Assembly (NCBI GenBank): GCA_002269645.1
Contig: NIVC01002632.1
Location: 90,381-154,380 of the forward strand
Source of the DNA: Macrostomum lignano
Taxonomy: Eukaryota
Direction: 5' to 3'
Length of the DNA: 64,000 bases
The position numbers and the translations under genes were made by a program. The notes beneath the pieces were generated by a model that saw only the letters and a list, made by a program, of their open reading frames with translations, searched no databases and had not been told where the DNA came from. This document shows, in pieces, positions 21,045 through 32,429 of the stretch (positions are counted from its first letter, which is position 1; each line of letters opens with the position of its first letter).

Positions 21045-22343
21045 TCAGCTTCTTCGTTCAAGAAGTGGCATCACCGTCTGAAGGTTCTCAACGCCACCAG
21101 TCGAGCTGCCGCTGCTGTTCCTGACTTCGACGGCGAAGACTTCGACATCGTTATCATCCCTGCCGAACCATCGGCTTCGCCGTTGAACAACGTCGATTGA
21201 AGAGGTGGCCGTCAACTTCATCGGCGTAACGGGCGGCGCTGGAGGCGTGGGTGTCGTCGGCAGGTGTCGTATATCCCCTCGTCGACGCTCCTGACAGCCG
21301 AACAATCTGAGCAGACTTCGACGAAACAGCCGAGTGGTGCACACGTAGATGACAAAGTTCATCAAGCTGTCCAACTGAGTCAGGACGTTGACAGCGAACA
21401 CCAACTGAGAGCTCTTGATCTTCATGTAGGCCAGCAGGCAGGTGGGCAACTCCAGCCCCGCGAAGGCCAGAGACAGCAGCAGAACGGTGCGTTCAACCCG
21501 ACGATCGCGGCAGCGTCGACGGGCTAACGCCGTCTCGCCACCCGAGATGGCGCCAGACGCGGCGCTGTCTTGACGCTGAGCTCGGAGACCGCGAATCAGC
21601 AACACGCTCGACAGCAGCACCAGAACGAATGGCGCGGTGATCTGTACAGAGTAGTAAGCTATGGCGTAGGCTGTCACGGTCATGCTCTCCTCGCTGCACT
21701 GGGCGTCCAACTCGCTGATGATGGACAGAGGCAGCACGGCGACGGCCAGAAGACCTACTGACAGGCTGGCGAATCTGCCAGGCTGTCCGGCAGCGCTTTG
21801 ACTGTCCGGGCGTCGGCTCACGGCGCCAACGCCGGCCCTGACGTGCAACGGCCTGGCGATGGCGTTGGACCGGGACACGGCGATGCGCGCCACCGACCAG
21901 TTGCGCAGGGTCAGAGCAGAGCGCAGCAGAGCTCCGGTGAGTAGGGCGGGAATCGAAGCGTTAACCAGCGAGTTGCATGGCCAGTTGAGATCTAGTCGAG
22001 GTTGCCAGGCTGTGTCGGGCAGATGGCGGAGGCAGGTGACAGTCACTACGAGCAGGTTGAACAGCAGCTCGGTGGCGGACAGCTGGCACAGCAGCCGGCG
22101 GACTGGACTGCTGAGCTGGCGTTCCGGAGCTCGCCGGAACAGGCAGAGAGCGTAGGCGCTGTGCAGCGAGTTGGTGGAGCCAAGGACTAAATAGACTGAG
22201 CTGATCAGTCTGGTGAGCTGTTCGAACTCGCGACCGTTGCTGCTCGAACGATTTAGACGATCTTCGTCGAGTTGAAGAATCGCGGTTGCGTTCTGCATTC
22301 TTTCATCCGATCCGGCGGCTTTGTTATTCGGAGCAGTCTTCAC
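21045..22343 (-). CDS. Intronless orphan class A (rhodopsin-like) GPCR, peptide-receptor-like
   Basis: 432-aa ORF with hydrophobic segments consistent with 7TM: TM2 LLCQLSATELLF, TM3 RNWSVARIAVSRSNAIARPL (DRY as SRS), TM5 VQITAPFVLVLLSSVLLI, TM6 VLLLSLAFAGLELP, TM7 LDSLMNFVIY, helix 8 FRRSL. Confidence 0.88.
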   Translation of the reverse strand: MKTAPNNKAAGSDERMQNATAILQLDEDRLNRSSSNGREFEQLTRLISSVYLVLGSTNSLHSAYALCLFRRAPERQLSSPVRRLLCQLSATELLFNLLVVTVTCLRHLPDTAWQPRLDLNWPCNSLVNASIPALLTGALLRSALTLRNWSVARIAVSRSNAIARPLHVRAGVGAVSRRPDSQSAAGQPGRFASLSVGLLAVAVLPLSIISELDAQCSEESMTVTAYAIAYYSVQITAPFVLVLLSSVLLIRGLRAQRQDSAASGAISGGETALARRRCRDRRVERTVLLLSLAFAGLELPTCLLAYMKIKSSQLVFAVNVLTQLDSLMNFVIYVCTTRLFRRSLLRLFGCQERRRGDIRHLPTTPTPPAPPVTPMKLTATSSIDVVQRRSRWFGRDDNDVEVFAVEVRNSSGSSTGGVENLQTVMPLLERRS

Positions 22344-22759
22344 TAGGGCCAGGGCAGTGGGGAACTGTGCATATGGGCGGACGAGTGTATACAGACAGGC
22401 ATACCATAATCTAGGCCTAAGAGGTGGCGGGGGTGTTGGCTCAGCAACGGAGCTCAGATTTGATGGAATCAGCTCAGCCAGTGGCGCGCGCTCGAAAGAC
22501 TGGAGAGTCTAACAATCGGTACGTGTATTACAGTTTATCCTGGCTTTACTAAAACCAGAGTAGGTATGTTTTCATTTGATAGTGATATTGAATGCTTTTT
22601 TCAATATCATTCATTCGCAGTTTTTTGTTTAATCTGCTAAATTTAAGCCTAATTTTAAAACAAATATAAAAAGTAAAAGTTAACAAGAAATTTAATGGGT
22701 AGAAATAAAGAGACCAGAGAAGAGAGCAGTAGAAGAAATATTGAGAATATATCAGAGGG

Positions 22760-23295
22760 GAGAACACAGGGGAAGGGGAGAGAGGAGAGGGGAGAAAAAG
22801 GGAGAGAGAAGAAAGGGGAGAGTGGAGAAAGGGGGAGAGGGGAGGGGAGAAGGGAGAGGGGAGAAATAGTGAGAGGAGAAGGTAGAAAGGGTGAGAGGAG
22901 AGAGTAGAAAGGGTGAGAGGAGAGGGGAGAGAGTAGAGATAAGAGGGGAGAAAGGGGAAGAGAGAGGAGAGAGGAGAAAGGTGGAGGGGAGAGGGAGAGG
23001 GGAGAGGAATAAGAAAGGGTGATAGGAGAGAAAAGAGAGAAGAGATAAGAAGGGAGAAAGAGTGAGAGGAGAGGGGAGAGGGAGGGGGGAGAGGAATAAG
23101 AAAGGGTGATAGGAGAGAAAAGAGAGAAGAGATAAGAAGGGAGAAAGGGGGAGAGGAGAGGGGAGAGGGGAGAGGGGAGAAAGGGTGAGAGGAGAGGGAT
23201 GAAAAGCTGAGAGGAGGGAAGAGAGAAGAGATGAGGGGAGAAGAGATAAGAGAATGGAGACTGGATAGGCGAGAAAGGGAGAGAGGGGAGAAGGG
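22760..23295. repeat. GA-rich polypurine low-complexity tract
   Basis: Almost exclusively G/A on the + strand; similar tracts at 34935-35452, 47590-48255 and 59885-60135. Confidence 0.9.
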
Positions 23296-23929
23296 GCATT
23301 GAGAGCTGGAAGTGTAGTGTATCTGAGACACCAATTCTACTAAGGACAAAGGAAATAGAGGGACCCCAAGCTATCAATCTATCTGCACATCTACATTATA
23401 AAATATTCGTGTATTTCGCATAACAAAAGGCGTAGCCATCTATGCCCTAGCATGCCCCAATGCACATGAAACAAAATTATATTCTACGCAGAGGGAAATC
23501 AAGCAAGTATGCTAATACCAGGCTTCTCCGTGTCTTTTCCAGTAGCTCTCGTAGCTCTCGTAGCCCCATTAAGACTGCACGGCACTGTCAGAGAAAGAGA
23601 AAGGGATAGAGGAAGGTGAAAGACAAAAGGCACTTGGCGGGATTCAGCATCATCTATCTGCTGAAGCCAATAGAATTTTGGGGACTGCAGGTCCCTACGT
23701 ATAGATGGCTGCTTTCGTGACATCAGATGCTTTTGTTGTTTTTGGCAGCTTGTAGAAATCCAAATGCCTAGATAGATCCTTTGATGTTTGAGGAGGAGTT
23801 GCGACTTTCTGACTAATATGCCTAATAATATTAATAATAATTGCAGGGCGCTGAGAGCTTAGCACATACATACAAGAGCGCCAATACTGTACGCACACAT
23901 ACGTACGCTCACACTGCATCTACCCCTCC

Positions 23930-24452
23930 ATTAGGAAAATTCCCCTTTTGGTTCATCAACCCCTCCATTAGAAAAATTCCCTTTTGATTTATTTACCCTC
24001 GATTAGGAAAATTCCCCTTTGATTCATCAACCCCTCCATTAGGAGAGGAACTTCCCCTTTGATTTATCTATCCTTCCATAAGGAAAATTCCCCTTTGATT
24101 CATCAACCCCTCGATTAGGAAAATTCCCTTTGATTCATCTACCCTCCATTAGGAAACTTCCCCTTTGATTCATCTATCCTTCCATTAGGAAACTTCCCCT
24201 TTGATTCATCAACCCCTCCATTAGGAAACTTCCCCTTTGATTCATCAACCCCTCCATTAGGACACTTCTCCTTTGATTCATCAACCCTCCATTAGGAAAA
24301 TTCCCCTTTGATTTATCAACCGCTTCATTAGGGAACTTCCCCTTTGATTCATCTATCCTTCCATTAGGAAACTTCCCCTTTGATTCATCAACCCCTCCAT
24401 TAGGACACTTCTCCTTTGATTCATCAACCCTCCATTAGGAAACTTCCCCTTT
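23930..24452. repeat. About 35-bp minisatellite (CCATTAGGAAACTTCCCCTTTGATTCATCAACCCCT)
   Basis: About 15 tandem variant copies. Confidence 0.92.
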
Positions 24453-24704
24453 GAAAATCAAAAAGACCGCGAATTTGAGCGCAAGTTTTTATTTAGCCGG
24501 CTGAAATCCAATGGCGGAAGCTGAAATCGCGTCGCATAGTCAAAAGCCAAGCAGGCAGAGTAGCTGGAGAACTTTATTTCCTGTTCCAATCTCAAAAAAT
24601 TGCTTTTATGATCGTGGTTGTGAATTTAAACGTATTTAATGCGCCTTAGTGCCTTAGAGGGGCGCTGGAGGGCTCCTGGCCCAGGCGCTCTACTTCACGT
24701 CTTT

Positions 24705-25015
24705 AGGGGAGGGGCGAGAGGGTAGAGGGAGGGTATAGGAGAGGGAAGAGGGGAGGGTAGAGGAGAGGGTAGAGAGGTGAGGGGCGAGGGGTGAGGGGTG
24801 GGGTGTGAGGGGTGAGGGTAGAGGGGTGAGGGTGAGGGGTAAGAGGGGTGAGGGTAGAGGGGTGAGGGTAGAGGGGTGAAGGGTGAGGGTAGAGGGATGA
24901 GAGGTGAGGGTAGATGGGTGAGGGTAGAGGGGATCAGACGTGAGGGTAGATGGGTGAGGGTAGAGGGGTGAGGGTAGAGGGGTGAAGGGTGAGGGTAGAG
25001 GGATGAGGGTAGAGG
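24705..25015. repeat. G-rich GGGTGA/GGGTAGA degenerate repeat (G-quadruplex-prone)
   Basis: Dense GGG runs on the + strand downstream of the GT31 gene. Confidence 0.8.
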
Positions 25016-25118
25016 AGAGATATGAGATATTAGATGCAAAAGTGCTGGTTTCGGGTCAGGGCCCAGCAAGAAAGCAGTAATAAAATGATGAAGCTGTCAG
25101 CGACTGTCTCCAGCGACT

Positions 25119-27162
25119 CTACAGGTCGAGTTTGTCGCTATGGTACGGCAGCACATCCTTGCACTCGTTCAGCCGCCTACCCTGACTATTTCGCTCGAAC
25201 ACGTTGAGCACCTCAACGGGCGGCAGATGCGAAATGAAAAACATTCTCAGATGCATGCAGACGTCCATGGGGCCTTCCAGCATGACGAAGTGGTCGTTGA
25301 ACTGTGGCCGAACTCCGATTCGGGCCATGAGAACACCGATATAGACGTCGTCCACTCCGATCGGTTCGAGTTTGGGAATCTCGCCAGCCAGTCTGGGGAT
25401 CAGATCCCAACTAATCAGATAGGCGGGGTTCTTGTTGTAGTCGGGGAAGGCGGGGTAGGGATAAATAGATTCTGAGACATAGCCAGTCCGTTGAGGATTT
25501 CTGTCGGGGACGTCGCCGTGGACTGTGTGGCCAACGTAGAGCCCGGTCTGTTTACCCGCCGGGAATTTGGCGGCCAGCCAGTGTACAAATGCTGGCATGT
25601 TCACGAAAGTGTCGTCTGTGACCTGCGATAGCGGGGGCGTGGAGAGTTTGGTGAGTGTACGGAGAGTTTGGTGAGTGTACGGAGAGTTTGATGAGTGTAC
25701 GGAGAGTTTGGTGAGTGTACGGAGAGTTTGGTGAGTGTACGGAGAGTTTGGTGAGTGTACGGAGAGTTTGGTGAGTGTACGGAGAGTTTGGTAAGTGTAC
25801 AGAGAGTTTGGTGAGTGTACGGAGAGTTTGGTGAGTGTACGGAGAGTTTGGTGAGTGTACGGAGAGTTTGGTGAGTGTACGGAGAGTTTTATGAGTGTAC
25901 GGAGAGTTTGGTGAGTGTACGGAGAGTTTGGTGAGTGTACGGAGAGTTTGGTGAGTGTACGGAGAGTTTGGTGAGTGTACGGAGAGTTTGGTGAGTGTAC
26001 GGAGAGTTTGGTGAGTGTACGGAGAGTTTGGAGAGTGTACGGAGAGTTTGGTGAGTGTACGGAGAGTTTGGTGAGTGTACGGAGAGTTGGTGAGTGTACG
26101 GAGAGTTTGTGGAGTGTACGGAGAGTTTAGTGAGTGTACGGAGAGTTTGTGGAGTGTACGGAGAGTTTAGTGAGTGTACGGAGAGTTTGGGGAGTGTACG
26201 GAGAGTTTGGGGAGTGTACGGAGAGTTTGGGAGTGTATGGAAAATCCTGTGCGTATCTTAAGGGTGCACAAAAATACACAGAATGCACAGAAAACAAATC
26301 AAACCATAACAATAACCTTGAGGAGAAACTTTGGCTTGCAACGCTGAAACTGGGCATCCTCGTTGAGCTCCATCAGGGCGCCCATCGTTTTCCGCTGGCC
26401 TGAGTGCGGCGTATCCAGAAAGCGAAACTGCAGGATGTCGCCAAATTCTCGAGCTTCCTCTTCGATTTCGCGCTGCAGATTGGCGCCCCGGCCGCTGCCC
26501 GTGGTGAAGAGCACGCGCCACAGGTGCGGCCGCGAGTTAATGAACTTGGTGTGCGATTTTGTTGGCGAGTACCAGGTCTCGCGGATAGCGTTTCGATAGG
26601 CGATCTCGGCTGCCCGAGTGTGCACCAGAACTAGGAACAGCGGCTCTTTGCCAGCCTGGCACGCCTTGAAGTTCGGTCGCAGAAGGACTTCAGGCTTGTC
26701 CAGCTGTCTTGGCTTGGGCAGAGCCAACAGCTGGGCAAGACTCACTCGGTCGTGCCGATGACCCCCGGTGCCTTCGTAGTCCTTGATCTCCAAGCCTAGC
26801 TGGCGTCGATTGATCTCGGCTTGAACTCGACGAAGCAGCTCTTGGGAGCCGACAGTTCGACCCTCCTTAGATTCGAGCTGCAGGCGAGCTTTGGCAACAA
26901 TGTCGGACAATTTCGAATCGGACAGTTGCGGAGGCTGCAGATGCTGCTGCCGTTGGTCAGCATGTTTGCGCAACGTTTCAACGTTTGACAACGACTGTTG
27001 CGCTGTTGCGTCTCCGGGAGGCGAGCGCAGGATCCGGTAGAGAGCCGCCACGGCCAGCAAAGCTGCCACCGCGTAGGCTGCTGGTAGGGTGAAGCGCTTA
27101 GTCCGGAAGCTGCGATAAGCTGCTCTGAAGGAACCGGAGGACGAAGAGGCATACGAAGGCAT
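25119..27162 (-). CDS. GT31 beta-1,3-galactosyltransferase-like type II membrane glycosyltransferase, 2 exons
   Basis: Exons 27162 (or 27231)-26317 and 25622-25119, phase 0. N-terminal TM (AAYAVAALLAVAALY), LVLVHTRAAEIAYRNAIRETW, IEEEAREFGDIL, FLLKVTDDTFVN, YPYPAFPDY and DDVYIGVL. Confidence 0.88.
25640..26238. repeat. 20-bp minisatellite (GTGAGTGTACGGAGAGTTTG), about 30 copies, in the GT31 intron
   Basis: Starts about 17 nt from the acceptor at 25623 and fills most of the intron. Confidence 0.95.
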
Positions 27163-28601
27163 ACTCAGTTCATTGGACGGGGAGAGGATAAGGCAAATTG
27201 TGCTCAGTTCTGCTAGGCCCGGTGCATTCAATGGAGTTAAGGAATTGGGGAAGAAGAAAGAAAGAGGTGGACGGTACAGCCGCGTGTCGACTTTCCTGAG
27301 CAGATCTCAGAACAGACAACAGGTGCGTTCAGTTGGAGTAGTCGATCGTCCCTCTCGGTGTTCGCGTTCGGCTGAGCCGGAACAATCGTACCTCCAAGCC
27401 AGATGGTCGAATTGATTTTTCTCCCTGTTCCTCGTTGCACACTCGCAGACATTGCGACAGCTAAACTGTATGGACGATCAAATTGCATTCTCGTCCGTTC
27501 CCTGCTCGTCAGGAAGGAAGGATATCGAGAATATTTCCTATTAACATTGCTGCGACACAGAATTAGCTTTAATCAAAAGAGCTGAATCGGTATCTGTCGT
27601 CCTTGTTGCTGTTGTCGTCTGGTCAAGACGCTCGTTTGATTGCTGTTTTTCTGCGGCTATTTTTGGGACTGAGGCTATCTGGCAAAAATCGACAATAATA
27701 AAAACACGGGGCGGACCTCTCAAAGGATGCGGGCTTTCAAAGCTGACCACTTTAGAAAATTGAGAATTTCGAGCCTCCCAAATCGATGATGATGTTGTGA
27801 ACTGTTTGTAGAAAAATATTCATGCAGCTCTTATTATCTGAGCCAACACAATTAGCATTTGTTATTATCAATCAATAAGGCGGCCGACGCATGCACAGTG
27901 TAAACATGTTCACGCACTCAATGCAAGTGCACTGATGATCACAGAATGCAATCAAATAATAATGAAATAAGCTATCAAAACAACCAGAGTTTGCTTCCCA
28001 GATTCCCAGCTCGTTGCACAAAGAGAAAGTCTGTTTCTGCGTGGGTAGCAAGGCTCAGATAGGATTACACCTTCTGACGCCATGCACGCATAGGTTAGGC
28101 CCCTGCAGACAGCTGCACTCGCTCCTATAAGGCTATCCGCGAAGTTCGTCTCAGTTTCAAAAGTTGAAACTTGATTAGTGAATAGGGCTTCGATTTCCCC
28201 TTCGCGTTGTCACTTGAACTTTCATGGCAACAGCTCAGGCACAGTTGCTATGCTGCATAAAACTTGAACACTCTGCTTATTCAGTTGCGGCCCAGCTCTG
28301 TGTGACAAGTGCACCCGTTTAGATCACTTTCCAGTCAGTCGTTATTAAATTCCTCTGTTCTCGCTTTTCTCACTAACAATTTGAAAAGTGGCTCACGCCA
28401 CTGTAAAGGAGACGAACTATAGGCTAGAAAATAGGCAAGCGAGCGAGGAGCGGGGCGTTGGCGCTGTCAAACTTTTCCCGAATTCTTTGAAAGAGAGAAA
28501 GCGAGCAGCTGCATTTGGATATGCAAAGCGGCATTGCTTAAGATCTACGAGCTAGCAGTGCTCGGCAGAGGAAGAGTGCGTGCTGTGTTGGCGGCGGCAC
28601 A

Positions 28602-30560
28602 ATGGATACATCAAAGTCGTCCTACGTGGAGGTGACGAAAAACTACCTGCAAAGCTCGTCAATTCGCGGCTTTCCCAGAATAATCAAAGCTCAAAATATT
28701 CTATCGAAGCTTTTATGGATAGTTACTATAACTATCTTTCTAGGAATCGCTATATGGCAGGTGTCCGACATAGTGATAATCTATCTGAAGTACGGCGTGC
28801 AGCTGAAGTACAGTTCCACCATGGACCCGAACGCGCCGTTCCCATCCGTGACGCTGTGCAATCAGCAGCCGTTCGCGGCTGAAGCGTCATCTGAGGGCTA
28901 CATTGCCAATCGGAGCTTCAACGAATTCGTCAAGAAGGTCAACTCGTTGGAGTCGTCATTGGGCCAGTCGCTCGAGTCGATGAAAACCGTCGAAGTGTTC
29001 TATCAGAATTCGCAAGTTCTACAAGTGGACGCCATTGCCCACGTTAGCGGTCGTCTCATCAAGGACTGCCAGTTCGAGTTCGAACAGGACGGGCGGCTGC
29101 AGACTCGGAGCTGTTCGGATCAGAACGTGCAGAAATTTCCGCATCCGCGGTACCTGCGCTGTTTCACGGTGAAAATTGATCAGCAGCTGGGCGCCGCCCG
29201 GCTTCACAGCCTTCGCCTGGTGCTGTTCCTGGACAACTTTAACTATCCATTCTTCAGCCGCACCATGCTCGACAATGAACCGAATTTGGCTCGTCAGGGT
29301 GTCCGGGTGAGCGTCCACCAGAACGGCAGCCTGCCCCAGCTAGAGGCCAACTACATCGACATTCCGCCGGGAACGTCGGCAACGCTGCACGTCAGCACGG
29401 TGACGCGCAACCTTCTGCCAGCACCCTACGGCGACTGCAAAAAGGAGGCAGTGGCGCCTATTGCCGCAAGCAGTCCTCTAGACGACACCCTAAATTACGC
29501 GTACACGCCGCACGCATGCCGGCGAATCTGCCTTCAGGAGTTGTTAATCAAAAAATGCGGCTGCCTCGATCCGAATCTGCCCGTGCCGCGCGGCGTTATG
29601 GTCGACGACGGAGCGATCGACTTTGGTGCGGCGCTGTCAGTTGCAAAGCGCGACGATCCCGGACCGCCGCCAGCAGGAGGCTTCGTCTTCACGGAGAAAG
29701 TGTTGCCAGACGGCGAGTTCAAGGTCGATCGCGAGCCGCGCGCTGCCAGCACTACGCCAAAGAAGACGCCAACGACAATCGTTCCGCCGATTCTGCTACC
29801 GCCAGCCGATGGAAGTATGGTGCCCTACTGCAAGAAGTGGCCGCAGAAAAGCGAAAACACGACAGTTGCCAATCAGGTCTATCAGAAGCGAGTGGCCTGC
29901 TGGCAGAGCCAGCTGGTGAAGCAGAGCGGCATCAAATACTGCATGCTCGGCGCTAGAAACCTCACCTGCGATGTGCCGTGCAACACAACTGAGCACTCGG
30001 TGACGATTTCTTATGCAGCCTGGCCGCACGAGTCGCTACACCTGGCCGTGTTTGAGAAGTACTTATCAACCGACTATAGCAGGCTGAAGTACTTTTCTGA
30101 GTTTCCCAACTTGCAGGAGATGGTGGCTGAGGAGCGCTACACCGAAGTGTACTCGGCCCTGGCCGCCAGCCGCAAGATGAAGGAAAACTTTGTCGAGATA
30201 AAAATCACAAAACCATCCTGGAATGTTACCGTTATCGCTGAGATTCCCTCGTTCCCGTTGAGTCGACTGCTCAGCTCTATCGGCGGAGCGATGAATCTGT
30301 GGTCGGGGATTACAATAATTGCACTGCTAGAGTTCATTGAGCTGCTGGCGATTCTAATTGGCACCTTTATGAGCAACAACTGCGGAGGCGGCGGCGGCAG
30401 CAGCAGAGGTCGAGGCGGCCGCACCAGCGACAGCAAGGAGAAGTTGTCGCCGGCGGATGTCCTCTCAGAGCCGTCGGAAAAAGCATCTGAAAGCGCCGAC
30501 ACGGCTGGCTCCGACGGGAAGTCCAACGACACCTATGGATCTTTGTTCACCTGGTCGTAA
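28602..30560 (+). CDS. Intronless DEG/ENaC (amiloride-sensitive, FaNaC-like) sodium channel subunit
   Basis: 652 aa. SSIRGFPRI then TM1, FPSVTLCNQQP, HPRYLRCFT, GVRVSVHQNGSLP, PAPYGDC, YTPHACRRICLQELLIKKCGCLDP, VPCNTTEH, ENFVEIKI and TM2 LLSSIGGAMNLWSGITIIALLEFIEL. Confidence 0.93.
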   Translation: MDTSKSSYVEVTKNYLQSSSIRGFPRIIKAQNILSKLLWIVTITIFLGIAIWQVSDIVIIYLKYGVQLKYSSTMDPNAPFPSVTLCNQQPFAAEASSEGYIANRSFNEFVKKVNSLESSLGQSLESMKTVEVFYQNSQVLQVDAIAHVSGRLIKDCQFEFEQDGRLQTRSCSDQNVQKFPHPRYLRCFTVKIDQQLGAARLHSLRLVLFLDNFNYPFFSRTMLDNEPNLARQGVRVSVHQNGSLPQLEANYIDIPPGTSATLHVSTVTRNLLPAPYGDCKKEAVAPIAASSPLDDTLNYAYTPHACRRICLQELLIKKCGCLDPNLPVPRGVMVDDGAIDFGAALSVAKRDDPGPPPAGGFVFTEKVLPDGEFKVDREPRAASTTPKKTPTTIVPPILLPPADGSMVPYCKKWPQKSENTTVANQVYQKRVACWQSQLVKQSGIKYCMLGARNLTCDVPCNTTEHSVTISYAAWPHESLHLAVFEKYLSTDYSRLKYFSEFPNLQEMVAEERYTEVYSALAASRKMKENFVEIKITKPSWNVTVIAEIPSFPLSRLLSSIGGAMNLWSGITIIALLEFIELLAILIGTFMSNNCGGGGGSSRGRGGRTSDSKEKLSPADVLSEPSEKASESADTAGSDGKSNDTYGSLFTWS

Positions 30561-31597
30561 AAATTACCTTCAAAAGCGTTATATACGAGTAGAGGAATTA
30601 ATCAGTTGTGATAGTTAATCTCAGCACTGTCATACTCTTGCGCAATAGTATATATTTATTATTATCAAGGTGCACAACATTTACTTGAACAGGTAGGCAG
30701 TTATATTATCTTATATGCAGGTGTTGATTATTTTTTGCCAAAATTATTAAAGCTTTGTTAGACAACCATATAGTTTTTTAAAAATAATTAAGACCTTAAG
30801 GAGGCAGAGAGCAGCTCAACCCTAACTTGTCTGACTGTTGCACCATTCTCGACCATGATCAGGGAGGGCCAAGCCTTTAAGGTACAGAGTATGTACATTT
30901 AGGATGCATCAGATTTACACGAAAATCTAGCAACTGCACCTGTATGTCAGTTCAAAATGTGCCAATGTGAGTAGAAAACACACACAAACCCTGAGACCAT
31001 GCGCGTGCTTAGGGGATCAGCGGAACGGGACTATAGTGGAAATCGAAGCAGTAAAACTTCACGTAAAAGAATGGAGTCCTTTGAAATTGCCATGGACTTT
31101 AAAGGCATCATCTTTAATCTTCTTTTCCGATTAACTCCCGATAATCTGCTCACTGTCAGACCCTGTTCGTGTTATTTCTGATACGCAAAATTTTTAGCCA
31201 AGGGCTACTGAAGTAGAAAAAAAACAGGAAACCTTGCTTCTTTGAAAATTTTAGGGGCAGGTTCCGAAAAAAATACACTACGGAGATAGGAAGTTTTCAT
31301 TTTTTCAGCATAAAAATTGCTATTGCCTTCGATAGGAGGCAGCCCCAGTGTTCTCTGATACATATACCGGTATTGTCACACAGTCATCCAAGAATGATAA
31401 AATTGATTCATTTATGATCATTTATGAATCAAACCAATGAGCCGAGCCGTGCCATTTCGATAGTTTTTAGGCACAGGACATATATGCAAGTGTACGTAGA
31501 ATAGAAATTTAACATAGAATCCCAATTTTATAAACGATTAAAAAACCGGCCTTCAAAAGTTTTCCAAGAAACAAGGTTTCCCGTCCTGCTTGGGTAG

Positions 31598-31770
31598 CAT
31601 ACATGCGCAACCTTGGGAATCACTCGGCCGTTTCTATTGGCAACACACACATGTAAGTCGCTATTGGCTGAGAGCAGTCACGTGACTTACTATTCCGTCC
31701 AAAAGCGACTTACATGTGTGTGTTGCCAATAGAAACGGCCGGGTGAATCCCAAGGTTGCGCCCAAGCATG
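31598..31770. mobile_element. 173-bp MITE with about 65-bp inverted arms and 8-bp TSD (TTGGGTAG)
   Basis: Left end CATACATGCGCAACCTTGGGA...ATGTAAGTCGCT mirrored at the right; TTGGGTAG at 31590-31597 and 31771-31778. Confidence 0.85.
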
Positions 31771-32429
31771 TTGGGTAGTCCTTGTTTGTAACATGAGTAT
31801 ATATGCTGTATTTGAAAAGGCCATGGAACTAATGATTATATAAAACACAAAGTGCTTTCGACCCCGGTAATAAAAAAGCTACTGGCAATACAAATTTTAC
31901 CTATTCATTGCCTTACTTTAATAAACAGAATCGGAATCCAGTCACTAATCCGTGAAGTAAGCAGGCTATGAAGATGATCTGTGCAAACACGGACTATCGA
32001 TCATATTTCATCCAAGAAGCATGTGAAGCCCACATGGCTACACGTAAGGTTATAGTAAACCGATAAGGTCTCAGGGAACTCAGAAGACTAGCTATTGAGC
32101 TTTGTTTGTAATCGCTTGACTGACACAGAATTACGATTTCGGGCCACGGGGTGGAGCTAACAGGGCAGGGTAGGGTCCTTAAGGATTTACTAAATTATGC
32201 ATACGAAATCGGAAAACGCTCTCACAAAGAGCCAATCGTACGCAAGAATAATCTCCATATATAAGAAGTCAGCACTTGACCTGCAGTTAAAGAAGTCCCG
32301 CGTCAGCGATTTCCGATCAAAAATTCCTTTTTTCAATTATTAAATGCGTCCAGTGCCTTCAGGCTATCCGGAATCAAACTAGAGATGCAAAGACGGAGAC
32401 TAAATCACTCTTCCAAATCCCAACTGACC

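Noticed and set aside
22549-23377. Ser/Pro/Leu-rich 266- and 240-aa ORFs (similar at 34861-35478, 47678-48349, 59809-60146)
   Set aside because: Artefacts of GA-rich polypurine tracts.
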